Shown: one piece after another, positions 23,775 to 34,793 of the stretch
Position numbering within the stretch: position 1 is the first letter of the stretch
Layout of the letters: each line of letters starts with the position of its first letter
Assembly (NCBI GenBank): GCA_963844715.1
Contig: CAWJPJ010000006.1
Location: 1-64,000, forward strand
Direction: 5' to 3'
Source of the DNA: an uncultured Phycisphaerales bacterium
Lineage (GTDB): Bacteria > Planctomycetota > Phycisphaerae > Tepidisphaerales > Tepidisphaeraceae
Length of the DNA stretch: 64,000 bases
The notes under the pieces: generated by a model
Database searches by the model: none
Told to the model about the DNA's origin: nothing
The model's input: only the letters and a program-made list of their open reading frames with translations
Program-made: the position numbers and the translations under genes

Positions 23775-24170
23775 TTACCCGGCCCTCTTGCCGCTGTGTT
23801 GGACGGCCAGCGCATCAATGAACTTCAAAACGGCCTTCTGGTCGTGCGCCGGCATCCGCTCAAGCAACTGCATACGTCGATAGATGCGCCGGCTGATGCC
23901 GTTGCCGCCGGCGTTGTGAGATTGCGCGGGCGCGATGCCCAACAACTCATCGGCGGTGACACCCAAAGCCTGGGCGAGTTGGCCGACCATCGCGGCGTGG
24001 GGCCTGACGCGGCCGCATTCATAGCTGGAGATAACGGCCTGGATCGTGCCGGCCTTCTCGGCCAGTTCGACCTGGGTAAAGCCGCGTTCTTTGCGCAGAC
24101 GCGCCATCGTCTGGCCGATTGTCTCGGCCTCGGTCTTGTTGCGCATCGGGCTGTGAGCGGTCCTGGGCAT
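23775..24170 (-). CDS. XRE-family HTH repressor (allele 2)
   Basis: MARLRKERGFTQVELAEKAG...SYECG...LAQALGVTADELLG. Confidence 0.9.
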   Translation of the reverse strand: MPRTAHSPMRNKTEAETIGQTMARLRKERGFTQVELAEKAGTIQAVISSYECGRVRPHAAMVGQLAQALGVTADELLGIAPAQSHNAGGNGISRRIYRRMQLLERMPAHDQKAVLKFIDALAVQHSGKRAG

Positions 24171-24318
24171 GGGATCGATTATACGGGCGACTCCGCGCAG
24201 CCGGCGTTTGGCCGTCTTGCAAATACAATAGGACGTTGTAATACTGGTGCCGGTATGAAGTCCACAACAAAGCCGTGTAAATGCTCTTGACAGGGTTCCA
24301 CGGAAGGAAGGCAAAAGC

Positions 24319-27300
24319 ATGAAGCGCATCCCCGACGACGAGATTGAGCGGTTGAAGCGTGAGACGGACCTGGCGGCGCTGGTGCGGGCCTCGGGGGTGG
24401 AGCTTGCGCCGCACGGGGCGGGCGGGGATCTGATCGGGCGTTGTCCGCTGCATGACGACCGCACGCCCTCCTTGGTGGTGACCGCATCGAAGGGGCTGTG
24501 GCACTGCCTGGGGGCGTGCGGCGTCGGGGGCAGCGCGATCGACTGGATCATGCGGACGCGCAAGACGGGGTTCCGCTACGCCATCGAAATCCTCCGGGAG
24601 ATTAACGGTTCGACAAGCTCACCGCAGGCGGGCGCGGGCGCTGCCCTGGGGACGGCACCCGCCTCGACAGGCTCGGGGCAGGCCGCGCCTTCCCCCGACT
24701 TCCCCAGGCGTCTGCCCTCGCCGCTGAGCTTTGACGCCGATGATTGGCAGCTTTTGGTCGAGGTCATCGACTATTACCACCGCTGCCTGAAGCAGACGCC
24801 GGCGGCGCTGGCGTACCTGCAAAAGCGCGGGATCGGCAGCAGCGAAGCCGTCGAGCATTTTAGGATCGGCTTCGCGGACCGCACCCTGGGTCTGCGGCTT
24901 CCCAACAAGCAGCGCAAGGCGGGAGCGGAGATACGGGAGCGGTTGGAAAAGCTCGGCCTGTACCGGGGCACGGGCGCGAGCACTTCAACGGCTGCGTGGT
25001 GTTCCCGATCATCGACCCTCAAAGCGGCCGCGTGACGGAAATTTACGGGCGCAAGATCGGCCCGCAGTTCCGGGGCCTGCCGATTCATCTGTACCTGCGC
25101 GGGGAGCACAAGGGGGTGTGGAACGAAAGCGCCCTGGCGGCGTGCGAGGAAGTGATCTTGTGCGAGTCGATCATCGACGCGCTGACGTTCTGGTGCGCGG
25201 GGATGCGCAACGTGACGTGCAGCTACGGGGTGCACGGCTTCACCTCCGATCACCTGGCCGCGTTCAGGCGGCATGGCACCAAGCGCGTGCTGATCGCGTA
25301 CGACCGTGACGACGCCGGGGAGAACGCCGCGGCGAAACTCTGGCCGCGGTTGACGGCCGAGGGGATCGAGTGCTTCGGGGTGCAGTTCCCCAAGGGGATG
25401 GACGCCAACGAATACGCGCTGAAGGTGATGCCGGCAAGCAAGAGTCTGGACCTGGTGGTGCGGCAGCGCGGTGTGGCTTGGCAATCCCGGCGCGCCGGGA
25501 TCGCGGCCGTCGCCGGCGATGACGGTGGGGATACCAGAGGCGGCTAAAGAAAAAAGTGAAGTGGCCGCGCCGGCGTTGTTGTCGGATGCGCCGCGCTCGA
25601 GCCTTTGCCTTCCGATCCTCCGACACCCGCGCCGCCGGCGTCGTCATCGGATGAGGCAAACGAAGCGACGCAAGAAGAAACAACCAGAACGCCGGCGTTC
25701 AACTCTGACGCGCCGGCGTCGTCGTCTCCCGCCACGGTCGAGTCATCATCGTCCGCGTCACTTCCTTCTTTAGCTGCCTCGATGAACTCGGAGCAGGCTG
25801 CCGATTCAATCACGCCACCGGCGTTCGTCTCGGTCGCGCCGATCGCGGCCGCTTCCGCGCGCCCGCCGGCGTTCCCGCCCCTGCCTTCCTCTTTAGCCGC
25901 TGATCCTGGCTTGCTCGATGCGCCGGAGTCTGAGCCGCCGGCGGCATCGCCGTTGCCGCGTGCTTCCGCGCCGCCGGAGGTGCCGGCGGAAGTCAAAGAA
26001 CAGGAAATCATCATCACGCTGGAAGGCCGGCGCTACCGCATCCGGGGGATGAGCAAGAACCTGGGCTTTGACGCGCTGAAGGTCAACATCCTGGCCTCGT
26101 GCGGGGAGTTGATGCACGTGGACACGCTGGACCTGTACGCTCACCGCTCGCGCAAGCAGTTCGCGGCGGACGCGGCGCGGGAGCTTCGGCTGGAGGAAAC
26201 CTTGCTGCGCCACGACCTGGGCAAGGTGCTGCTCAAGCTGGAGGAGTTGCAGGAGAAGCAGATCGCCGAGGCCACCAAGCCGAAGGAAAAGACGGTGAAG
26301 ATCACCGATGCGCAGCGCGACGCGGCGCTGGAGCTTCTTAAATCGCCCGATCTCTTGGACCGCATCCTGGCCGACTTTGAGCGCTGCGGCGTGGTGGGCG
26401 AAGCGACCAACAAGCTCACCGGCTACCTCGCCGCCACGAGCCGCAAGCTGGAGCAACCCCTGGCGGTCGTGCTGCAATCCAGCAGCGCCGCCGGCAAATC
26501 GTCGCTGATGGAAGCGGTGCTGGCGATGCTGCCGCCGGAGGAAGTGACCAAGTTCAGCGCGATGACCGGGCAATCGCTGTTCTACATGCAGGGGTCGGAC
26601 CTGCGCCACAAGGTGCTGGCGATTGTCGAGGAGGAAGGGGCGGAGCGCGCGAGCTACGCGCTCAAGCTGCTGCAAAGCGAGGGCGAGTTGACCATCGCCT
26701 CCACCGGCAAGGACCCGCAGACGGGCCGGCTCGTCACCCAGGAGTACCGGGTCGAGGGTCCGGTGATGATCTTCCTGACGACGACGGCGGCGGAGATTGA
26801 CGAGGAGTTATTAAACCGCTGCCTGGTGCTGAGCGTGAGCGAGGAGCGCGAGCAGACGCGGGCCATTCACATCATGCAGCGCGCAGCGCCAGACGCTTGC
26901 GGGCCTACTGGAACAGCGCCAGCGCGCGGCGGTGCTCGCGGTGCACCGGGACGCGCAGCGGCTTTTGTATCCGGTGCTGGTGGCCAATCCCTTCGCGGAC
27001 CGGCTGACGTTCCTGGACAGCCGCACGCGCAGCCGGCGGGACCATGTGAAATACCTGACGCTCATTCGCACGGTCGCGCTCTTGCACCAGCACCAGCGGG
27101 AGCACAAGACGGTGGAGCATCCGCCGGCGTCGGGGCAGTTCGTGGAATACATCGAGGTCACGCCGGCGGACATTGCCATCGCCAATCGGCTGACGCATGA
27201 AGTCCTGGGGCGCTCACTCGATGAGCTCGCCCCGCAGACCCGGCGCTTGCTGGTCATGCTCGATCAGCACGTCATGGGCGAGTGCCAGCGGCAGAAGATG

Positions 27301-27822
27301 CCGCGGAGTGATTACCGCTTCACGCGGCGGCAGGTGCGCGCGTTCGCCGGCTGGACGGACTTCGTGGTGCGGACGCATCTGCAAAAGCTGGTGGACCTGG
27401 AGTACGTGCTGGTGCATCGCGGCGGGCGCGGTCAGTCGTTCGTGTACGAGCTTCTTTACGGCGGGGAAGGGACTGACGGCAAACCGTTCGCCCTGGGCCT
27501 GATCGATCCCGACAGCCTGGGAAACTCCGCCTACGTTGAAAAGTTCGAGCATCAAAACAGCCGGTTCGAGGGGGGTTCGAGCCTCCATAGTGCCCCCATT
27601 GAGCCGGGTTCGTGCGCGGGTGAAAGTGAAGAATCCCCCGGTCCCGCCGGGTCCGAACGCGCCGATAGCGCAAACGGCTTCGAAATCGCGCCGCGGGAGA
27701 TGCCTTCGGACGGCGCGCAACGTACCGATGCATTGTCGTACCCACCTTCTTCTTTAGCCGCCTCGACAAGCTCGGGACAGGCCGCCGATTCCAACGGCCA
27801 GGAGGTGGAGCATGCCGCGTAG
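24319..27822 (+). CDS. CHC2-Toprim primase-AAA+ ATPase fusion, copy 2 (frameshifted in assembly)
   Basis: Pieces 24319-25035, 24996-25547, 25605-27200 and 26932-27822; same motifs as copy 1. Confidence 0.84.
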
Positions 27823-29090
27823 AGGCTGGCATCCCGGGCCAAGGGCGATCATCGGCGATCCCACCGACCGCGCGGCATGGCCGCGCTGCGGGACCAATAC
27901 CTGGACCACATGGCGGTGCTCAACTTCGCGCCCGACACCATCTACGTGCGGCGGGTCTACCTCAACTTCTTCGTCAAGTGGTGTCATGAGCGCTCGGTCG
28001 TGCGCCCCGGCGAAGTCACCAAGCCGATCGTGGACCGCTACCAGCGCTGGATGTACCAGTTCCGTTCTCCCAAGGGCAAGCCGCTGAGCTTCACCAGTCA
28101 GAACGGGCGCTTGGCGGCGGTCAAGGCGTGGTTCCGCTGGCTGACGCGCTTCAACCATATCCTCTCCAACCCGGCGTCGGACGTGGACCTTCCGCGCGTG
28201 GACCGCAAGCTGCCGCGTCACGTGCTGACGGCCAGCGAGGTCGATCAAATCCTCAACGGCACGGAGATCAAGGACCTGCGCGGACTGAGGGACCGGGCCT
28301 TTTTGGAGACGCTCTACTCGACGGGATTGCGCCGCCGGGAAATGGTGAACCTGAGCATCTATGACGTGGACATGGAGCGCGGGACGGTGCTGGTGCGCAA
28401 GGGGAAGAACCGCAAGGACCGGATCGTTCCCATCGGCCAGCGCGCCATCCTGTGGCTGAGTAAATACCTGTCCGAAGCGCGGCCGCAGTTGGCCCCCAAC
28501 CGGGAGGAAGCCTTGTTCGTGACGCAGATCGGCGATCCGTTCACGGCCAACAGCGCGACGCAGCTTGCCCGTCATTACGTGGAGAAAGCCAAGCTCCCCA
28601 GCGGCAAGCGCGGGGCGTGCCACCTGTTCCGCCACACGATGGCGACCTTGATGCTGGAAGGCGGCGCGGACGTGCGCTACGTGCAGGCGATGCTCGGCCA
28701 CGCGGACATCAGCTCGACGCAGATTTACACGCACGTCGGCATCCGCACGCTCCAGCAGGTGCACGCGATCACGCATCCGGCGGGCCTGGTCAAACGTCCG
28801 TCCAGCATCGGCGTTGCGGGCCACGTCCTGCCGGCCTACGGCGCCAACGAGGGATCGGACCTGCCGGACGTGCTGGTGGAAGATCCCGCGTGCCGGCGCG
28901 GGTTGAGGGAGGATCAACCGCTGCCGCGACCTGGCGCGCGCCGCCGGTGAACGGTAACGCCGCCGATCTGGCTGACTTCCTGGCTCGTGATGATGACGAT
29001 GACACCCTCGACGAGCTCGGGGCAGGCGACACCGGGGACGCGGCCGGCGGCGCGGAAGTCGCGGCTTTTCGGCGCGCTGATGACGGCTGA
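27812..29090 (+). CDS. XerC/D-like tyrosine recombinase, copy 2
   Basis: 357-aa ORF 27877-28950 has the full R-K-HxxR-H-Y set; indels near both ends. Confidence 0.9.
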
Positions 29091-29152
29091 TAGCGCCAAC
29101 TTCCGAGCCGGCGCGGGGTTGCGTGGATCGGCTATCAGCCGCGAAGCGGGCT

Positions 29153-29254
29153 ATGAGCCGCAAGCTCCACTCGCTCGATCACTTACCGCCGCGGCTGATA
29201 GCCGCCTTTATCTTGCTCTACAACCTGACCCACTGGGTCGCGGTTTTGGGCTAA
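29153..29254 (+). CDS. 33-aa hydrophobic small peptide (possible type I toxin)
   Basis: MSRKLHSLDHLPPRLIAAFILLYNLTHWVAVLG*. Copy 1 (from 16980) has an 11-bp insertion. Confidence 0.35.
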   Translation: MSRKLHSLDHLPPRLIAAFILLYNLTHWVAVLG

Positions 29255-29800
29255 CTTCCCGCTCCGGTGGGACTTGCGAATCCCGCCGCCGCCGCGCAAG
29301 GTGCAAACACCTTGCCTCTCAAGGTCATAGGTTGCGCCAGGTCATGACGGGACAGAGAGTTACAAAAAGCGCACCTTGGTTCCTTTTACCTTGCCCTCAC
29401 CCTTCAAACCTTCCTTCTTCTTCTTTTAGCTGCTGATTCAAACCCTCCGCTGCGCTGATCCGTCGTCGATCTGCGCGCTTCTCCGTGCGCAGGCAGCCGC
29501 TATCCCACCCTCCTTAGCCGCCTCGTGGAGCGCACGTCTCGCGCCGATCCTGCACACTGACGACAGCTTGGGCGGCTAAAAAGGAAAGCTGTTGGAGCGC
29601 TGGATGCGCGGGTAAGATGCTCTCCCGACGTGCACGGCTGCGCCAACATCATCCTCCCTGGCCGTCGCCAGTTAAGCCGAAACCTGCCTCAAGGCGCGCA
29701 ACGATCTGCGCGCAGATTGCGCCGGCAAAGTCGATCCTGTAACCGTTGGAAGGCATCGGGATTGCGCGTCGGCTTGTTCCCGAATCGCATCGGACTCAAC

Positions 29801-31788
29801 TATAGCATGGCGTACACTCTGAACCCCGACGGCACGCGGGCCACGGAAACCCAGGAGCAGGCGCAGGTCAGCGGCTCACCCATCTACACCTTCACCAGTT
29901 GGAGCTACGACGCCGAGGATCGGCTCATAGGCGAATCCCTGACCAACCTGACCAGCGGCTTTACGTTGCCGTCGGCGTATATCACCAACGGCGACTTCAG
30001 CGGTTCGATGACCTGGGACGGCTCGGGGGCGTACGCGTCGTCAAATCTGACCGAAGCGCAGGCCGGCATGGGCACCGGAGCAGTCCTCTTTGACCCGTCG
30101 CTGGGCATCAAGTACGGCGGCAACGGATCGGATTGGGTTCTGGTGCTCGACAACCAAGGTCAGGTCGCGACGATCTCCTATTCCTTAAGTTATTCGGGTG
30201 TGTTCACGGCCGATGGCGTGGTCAAGAGTTCAGAATTTACCAGCCCGGCCGGCTTCACGCTGAGCGGATCGCCGACCGGCTACACCGACACTTACTCCTA
30301 TGACATGGACGGCAACCGGATCGGCAAGGTTCATACGACGACGGCGGGTACGGACACCACGACTGACACGTACAACGGCGACAACGAACTGACCCAAAGC
30401 GTGGACAGCACCAGCGGGACGACGACGTTCACGTATGACGCCAATGGAAGCCAGTTGACCAGCACCAACGGCAGCAATGTCACGACCTACACGTATGACC
30501 TGCGCAACCGGCTGGCATCGGTGACGACTGATGGAGTGACGACGACTTACAGCTACGATAACGACGGGAATCGGGTCAGCGAGACCACCGGCGGAACGAC
30601 GACTTACTACCTGATCGACGCGCACAATCCGACGGGTTACGCCAAGCCGATTGAGGTGAAGGTCGGCTCGCCGACGGCAGCGCCCAGCACGAGCTACATC
30701 CTGGGCCTGAGCGTGATCGGTCAAGCCACCAGCGGCGCTGCCTCGTATCTGCTGGTTGACGGCCAGAACAACACCCGCGCCCTGGTCAACTCGTCAGGCG
30801 TGGTGACGGCCACGTTCAACTTTGATGCTTTCGGCAACGTGCTGGGTGTCACCTATACGCCGTCAAGTCCGCCGCCGACGATCTTCCTGTACCAGCAGAT
30901 GATGTACGACCCGGCGTCGGGATTGAACTTCACCGAGAGCCGTCAGACGCCGCTCGGCGCGCCTATTGGATCGAGCGTGACCCGTCCGGTTATGGCAACA
31001 ACGCGAATCCCATCACGCTCAATACCACCTTGTTTGACAACGCCAATCCCCTCATGTTCACCGATCCAACCGGGCATGATGGTTTGGCTGGGTTGTTGGT
31101 AGATATAGGCATTGAGGGATTGGAGGATAGTATCGAGTTACCCGCCGTCTCCAGCGCCGTGGCCGCGGGGTCGGAGGTTGGCGCATCCGCAAGTGTCGCT
31201 GATTCTGCCGCCATGCTGTTGGCGCGAGGGGCAACATACTTCGCCACCGTTTATGGGGCCGCTACGACACTGATTGATGGCGCTTACGCTGCCAGCAGCA
31301 TTATCGAGAAGGCAGTCGACGACGCCATTTGGAATGAGGTGCTGACCCACGCCCTGAATCATCAGGTGCTTAGCGCGACCGACTTTAAGTACCTCAACGA
31401 TCTTGCACAAAAAGACTTGGGCGAGAGCATTTATTTACACTATAGCTTTGTGAGTCAGGCCGCGAACTTTGCGTTTGGAATGCGAGATGCTACACAGGCG
31501 CCACCGCTCGGCTCTTACGTGACGACGGACACGTATTTGACAGGCTGGGATGCCCACAACTTCCTGGCGCTGCCAAGCTCCAATATTCAGGATGCAGAAT
31601 ACATCGTGCTGGTTAAACGTGGTCTTCCGGCCGTCGGTCCAAGCCTGGTGCCGGCTGGCTTTGATGGAGCTAGCCCACCGCGGTCTCTGCAAGGAGGTGG
31701 TATTCAATACACGTTACCACAGGGTTCAGGTGGTCCCGGAACGGTGTTTGGACCGATTCCTCTTCCACCTGGGTCCGTTCCTTCATGA
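29801..31788 (+). CDS. Orphan Rhs cassette 3, possible ART-like toxin (frameshift ~30960)
   Basis: Begins YSMAYTLNPDG at the element end; DPTGHD; tip LHYS...YVT...LALP...GGGIQY. Confidence 0.78.
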
Positions 31789-32246
31789 GGGATTGCGCGA
31801 TCATGGGCGTTTGGGATCCAACTCTAGGATTAGGTGACCCTCGACGGCTAGACGCAGCCGAGGCTCTCTTGAGCAGTTTTGACGTAGAATTGGACAAGTT
31901 CGCCAAAACTCATCATGCGACTAAAGAGGAAAGATCCCATGGTGCACCCAATCGACTTGTCTTTGCGCCGCGAGCCGACGGCGTCGTTCGATTGATTCAA
32001 ATAACACCGAAACTAAGTCAAACTGGGCCGCTTGCGACTGGGCAATTTTGGATCAGCGGTGTCTTGTGGTTGGATGAGGCTGGAGAACGTGTTAGCTATG
32101 CGGTTCCTCAGCAGCCAGAATTTAACTTGCCGGAACTCAATCGCGGTTTACGAACTATATTGGAAGAGCTTTGGGCTGAAATGGAAAAAATAGATGCTAA
32201 CAAATTGAAGAAAGTTGGCCGCCGGTCAGCGTTGAGTTCTCCGTAA
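31785..32246 (+). CDS. Putative immunity protein of cassette 3
   Basis: ATGA overlap with the toxin stop; 153 aa. Confidence 0.7.
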   Translation: MRDCAIMGVWDPTLGLGDPRRLDAAEALLSSFDVELDKFAKTHHATKEERSHGAPNRLVFAPRADGVVRLIQITPKLSQTGPLATGQFWISGVLWLDEAGERVSYAVPQQPEFNLPELNRGLRTILEELWAEMEKIDANKLKKVGRRSALSSP

Positions 32247-32333
32247 CATCACCCCTGTAGCGTGCTATGCGCCTATCAGCCGCAAAAAAGCTACGAGCCG
32301 ATTGGGCCGAGTCAACGCGGTACGCCCACCAGC

Positions 32334-32474
32334 TCATCGCGCAAAGATCGCGGCTGCCATCCCGCCTACCGCATGAATGATCCAAACGACAGATGCGGCA
32401 ACAAGGAGGCCAATCACGAGTATCGCAATAGTCTTCCACCGGACCTTTTTGATATCTTTTTCCATCCACTTCAT
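32334..32474 (-). CDS. 46-aa single-pass membrane peptide
   Basis: Manual translation MKWMEKDIKKVRWKTIAILVIGLLVAASVVWIIHAVGGMAAAIFAR*; below the ORF-track cutoff. Confidence 0.45.
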   Translation of the reverse strand: MKWMEKDIKKVRWKTIAILVIGLLVAASVVWIIHAVGGMAAAIFAR

Positions 32475-32531
32475 CTTTAACGGGCCGCTTGCTTCATCAA
32501 GCCAGTCGTAACATTCTCCCCCGTCGTCCCT

Positions 32532-34069
32532 TCTATGAGCCGAGCCGTGTCAAGTGTGTTGACGTTGCCAGGGAGCGAGTCGGTCGTTTTAACCTTCTAT
32601 TCAGAGCTTCCGCGTCCGGCATGGCGGAAGGGCAAGCCCTCCGTTTGTGCCGGGAATCGCGGGCCTATTCAACTGTACAATGCGGCAGGATGCGGAGGGC
32701 AAGCCCTCCGAATGCCCGCCAGCGCGACGCCCATTCTGTAGCGCGAGCTTTGCGAAGGGTTTTGCGCCTCCGATGGCTCAGGGACGACAACGGGCTGTCG
32801 CTGATGACGACCGGCAAACTCCGCCAACGCAACATCATTGACCTTTCCTCTTTAGCTGCCTTCTTCCGATCATCACGCCGGCGTCGGCATTCCCGTCGCC
32901 GCCGCGTGGTCTTTCCAATCGGTTCCGTCCGCAACATGGCCCACAGCTTGACCAGCAGCCTCCGGGCCACGGCGACGATGGCAATCTTCTTTCGCTTGTC
33001 GCTGCCGCGGCGGACGTTCTCATACACCTGCTTCATCCAGGTATTGGCACGCACGCCCAGCCAGGCGACCTCCACCAGCAATCCCCGCAGCAGGCGGTTG
33101 CCGGCGTGGCTGATGTGGCCCTGGCGATCGCTTTCGCCGCTCTGCCAGCGCCGTGGCGTCAGGCCCGAATAGCTGCTGACCTGCCGGGCACTCTTGAAAC
33201 GATGGGGATCGTCAATGATCGTGACCACCGCCTCGCTGAGGCGCGGGCCGACCCACGGGGCGGTCCTCAATTGCTTCACGCGCTGATCCGCCCTGGCCAG
33301 TTCCGCCAGCTTCAATTCCACCTGCCTGATCTGTTCTTCCAATCCCTCCAGCAGCTTGCAGTTCCACATGCAACTGGAAACAGCCACAACTGTTCCGCCG
33401 GCGCTGACGCATCCTGCGCCGCCTTGCTCCATTCGACGATTCCCGCCGCCGCCCAGGCTTTGTCACCGGCGGGCAGCTTCAAACCCTGGCGCTCGAAGAT
33501 GGCGCGGATGTTGTTCTTGATCATGGTTCTTCGGCCCACCAGGCCGTGGCGGTATTCGATAAACGACCGCCATTGCCTCACCTTCGTCGCCGGCACGTGG
33601 ACCGTCGGCAGGCATCCCATCTCCGACATCTGCGCCAGCTTCAGGGCATCGGTGCGGTCGGTCTTGTTCTTCACCAGCTTCCACTGCCAACGCTCGTCGT
33701 TGCCGTTGGCGACCTGGATCGGGATGCCCAGTGTTTCGGCTAGGTCGTGCACCCATCCTGCCGCCGGTCCCGCCTCAATCACCAGGCGATCGGGGGCGCG
33801 GTGGGTGAGCAAGTCGTGAATGGCAGCGGGATCAGTGGCCACCTTGCCGAACTCATGTTCGGCGGCTTTGCCTTCCATCGTGCCGTGATCGGTGATATAA
33901 TCCACAAAAACGCTCTTGTTCTTACCGAGATCGATAGCGAGAATCTTCATGGCCGAGTCCTTTCTCAAAGGATGACGTTTGAGCCGCCCCACGCGGGGTG
34001 AGCTCGTTAATAACCGGGGATTTTATGCTCCGTGTTCAACGTCCCGAGGAAGGCTCGGCTTCATAGTTT
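32532..34069 (-). mobile_element. IS1111-group element A, copy 2 (transposase 32873-33950, frameshifted)
   Basis: Near-identical to 9948-11485; CT core at 32530-31 and 34070-71. Confidence 0.92.
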
Positions 34070-34793
34070 CTGTAGCTCCGTCGCGTCGGCGTCGGCCCTC
34101 GCCCGTGGAGCGCACGCGCCGGGGGCCGACGCTGATGCGATGGAGCGGAAGGGCGACTCCCTGGTAGCTCCAGAGCGGAGCGCCGAGGTCCGGCTGTATC
34201 CTTCCACGTCCAGCCATGTCCAGCATCGCGCGGGTGCAACGCCGGCGTGCGCGCTGAAGCCCAACCCACTTCTTTTTTAGCTGCTGTAGCTGCCGCCGCC
34301 GTGTTCAAGACGCGCGGAATTATCCGGCTCTCTTGCCGGCGTGCTGCGCGGCCAGGGCGTCGATGAACTTCAACACGGCCTTTTGATCGTGGGCGGGGAA
34401 GCGCTCGAGCAATTGCATGCGCCGAAGCACGCGGCGGCTGACGCCGTTGCCGTTGGCTTTGTGGGATTGCGCCGGCGCGATGCCCAACAACTCATCGGCG
34501 CTGACGCCCAAAGCCTGGGCGAGTTGGCCGATCATCGCGGCGTGGGGCCTGACGCGGCCGCACTCATAGCTGGAGATAACGGCCTGGATCGTGCCGGCCT
34601 TCTCGGCCAGTTCGATCTGAGTGAAGCCGCGCTCTTTGCGCAGCCGCGCCATCCGCTGGCCGATGGTCTCGGCGTCGGTTCTGCTGCGCGTCGGGCTGTT
34701 GGCGATCCTGGGCATGGGCACAATTATACGGGCGACTGGGCGCGGGAGGGGTTGGGGACACCTTGCAAATACAATAGGACGTTGTAATACTGG
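34070..34793 (+). mobile_element. Left-end remnant of the primase/recombinase element (hairpin, XRE, part of the divergent promoter)
   Basis: Similarity to copy 2 ends after GGACGTTGTAATACTGG and is followed directly by an Rhs core. Confidence 0.8.
34320..34721 (-). CDS. XRE-family HTH repressor (allele-2 type)
   Basis: Close to the 23775-24170 protein. Confidence 0.9.
   Translation of the reverse strand: MPMPRIANSPTRSRTDAETIGQRMARLRKERGFTQIELAEKAGTIQAVISSYECGRVRPHAAMIGQLAQALGVSADELLGIAPAQSHKANGNGVSRRVLRRMQLLERFPAHDQKAVLKFIDALAAQHAGKRAG

Larger units (their letters stand above)
23553..29802 (+). mobile_element. XRE / primase-ATPase / tyrosine recombinase element, copy 2
   Basis: Same gene order and ends as copy 1; left end not occupied by an IS. 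Confidence 0.87.

Noticed and set aside
24319..27822. Host dnaG and xerC/xerD housekeeping genes
   Set aside because: They are duplicated, fused to an ATPase and embedded in a mobile context, so no gene symbols were assigned.
11486..29802. Prophage, ICE or classical integron
   Set aside because: No structural, packaging or conjugation genes; no canonical attC array or IntI-specific features recognised.
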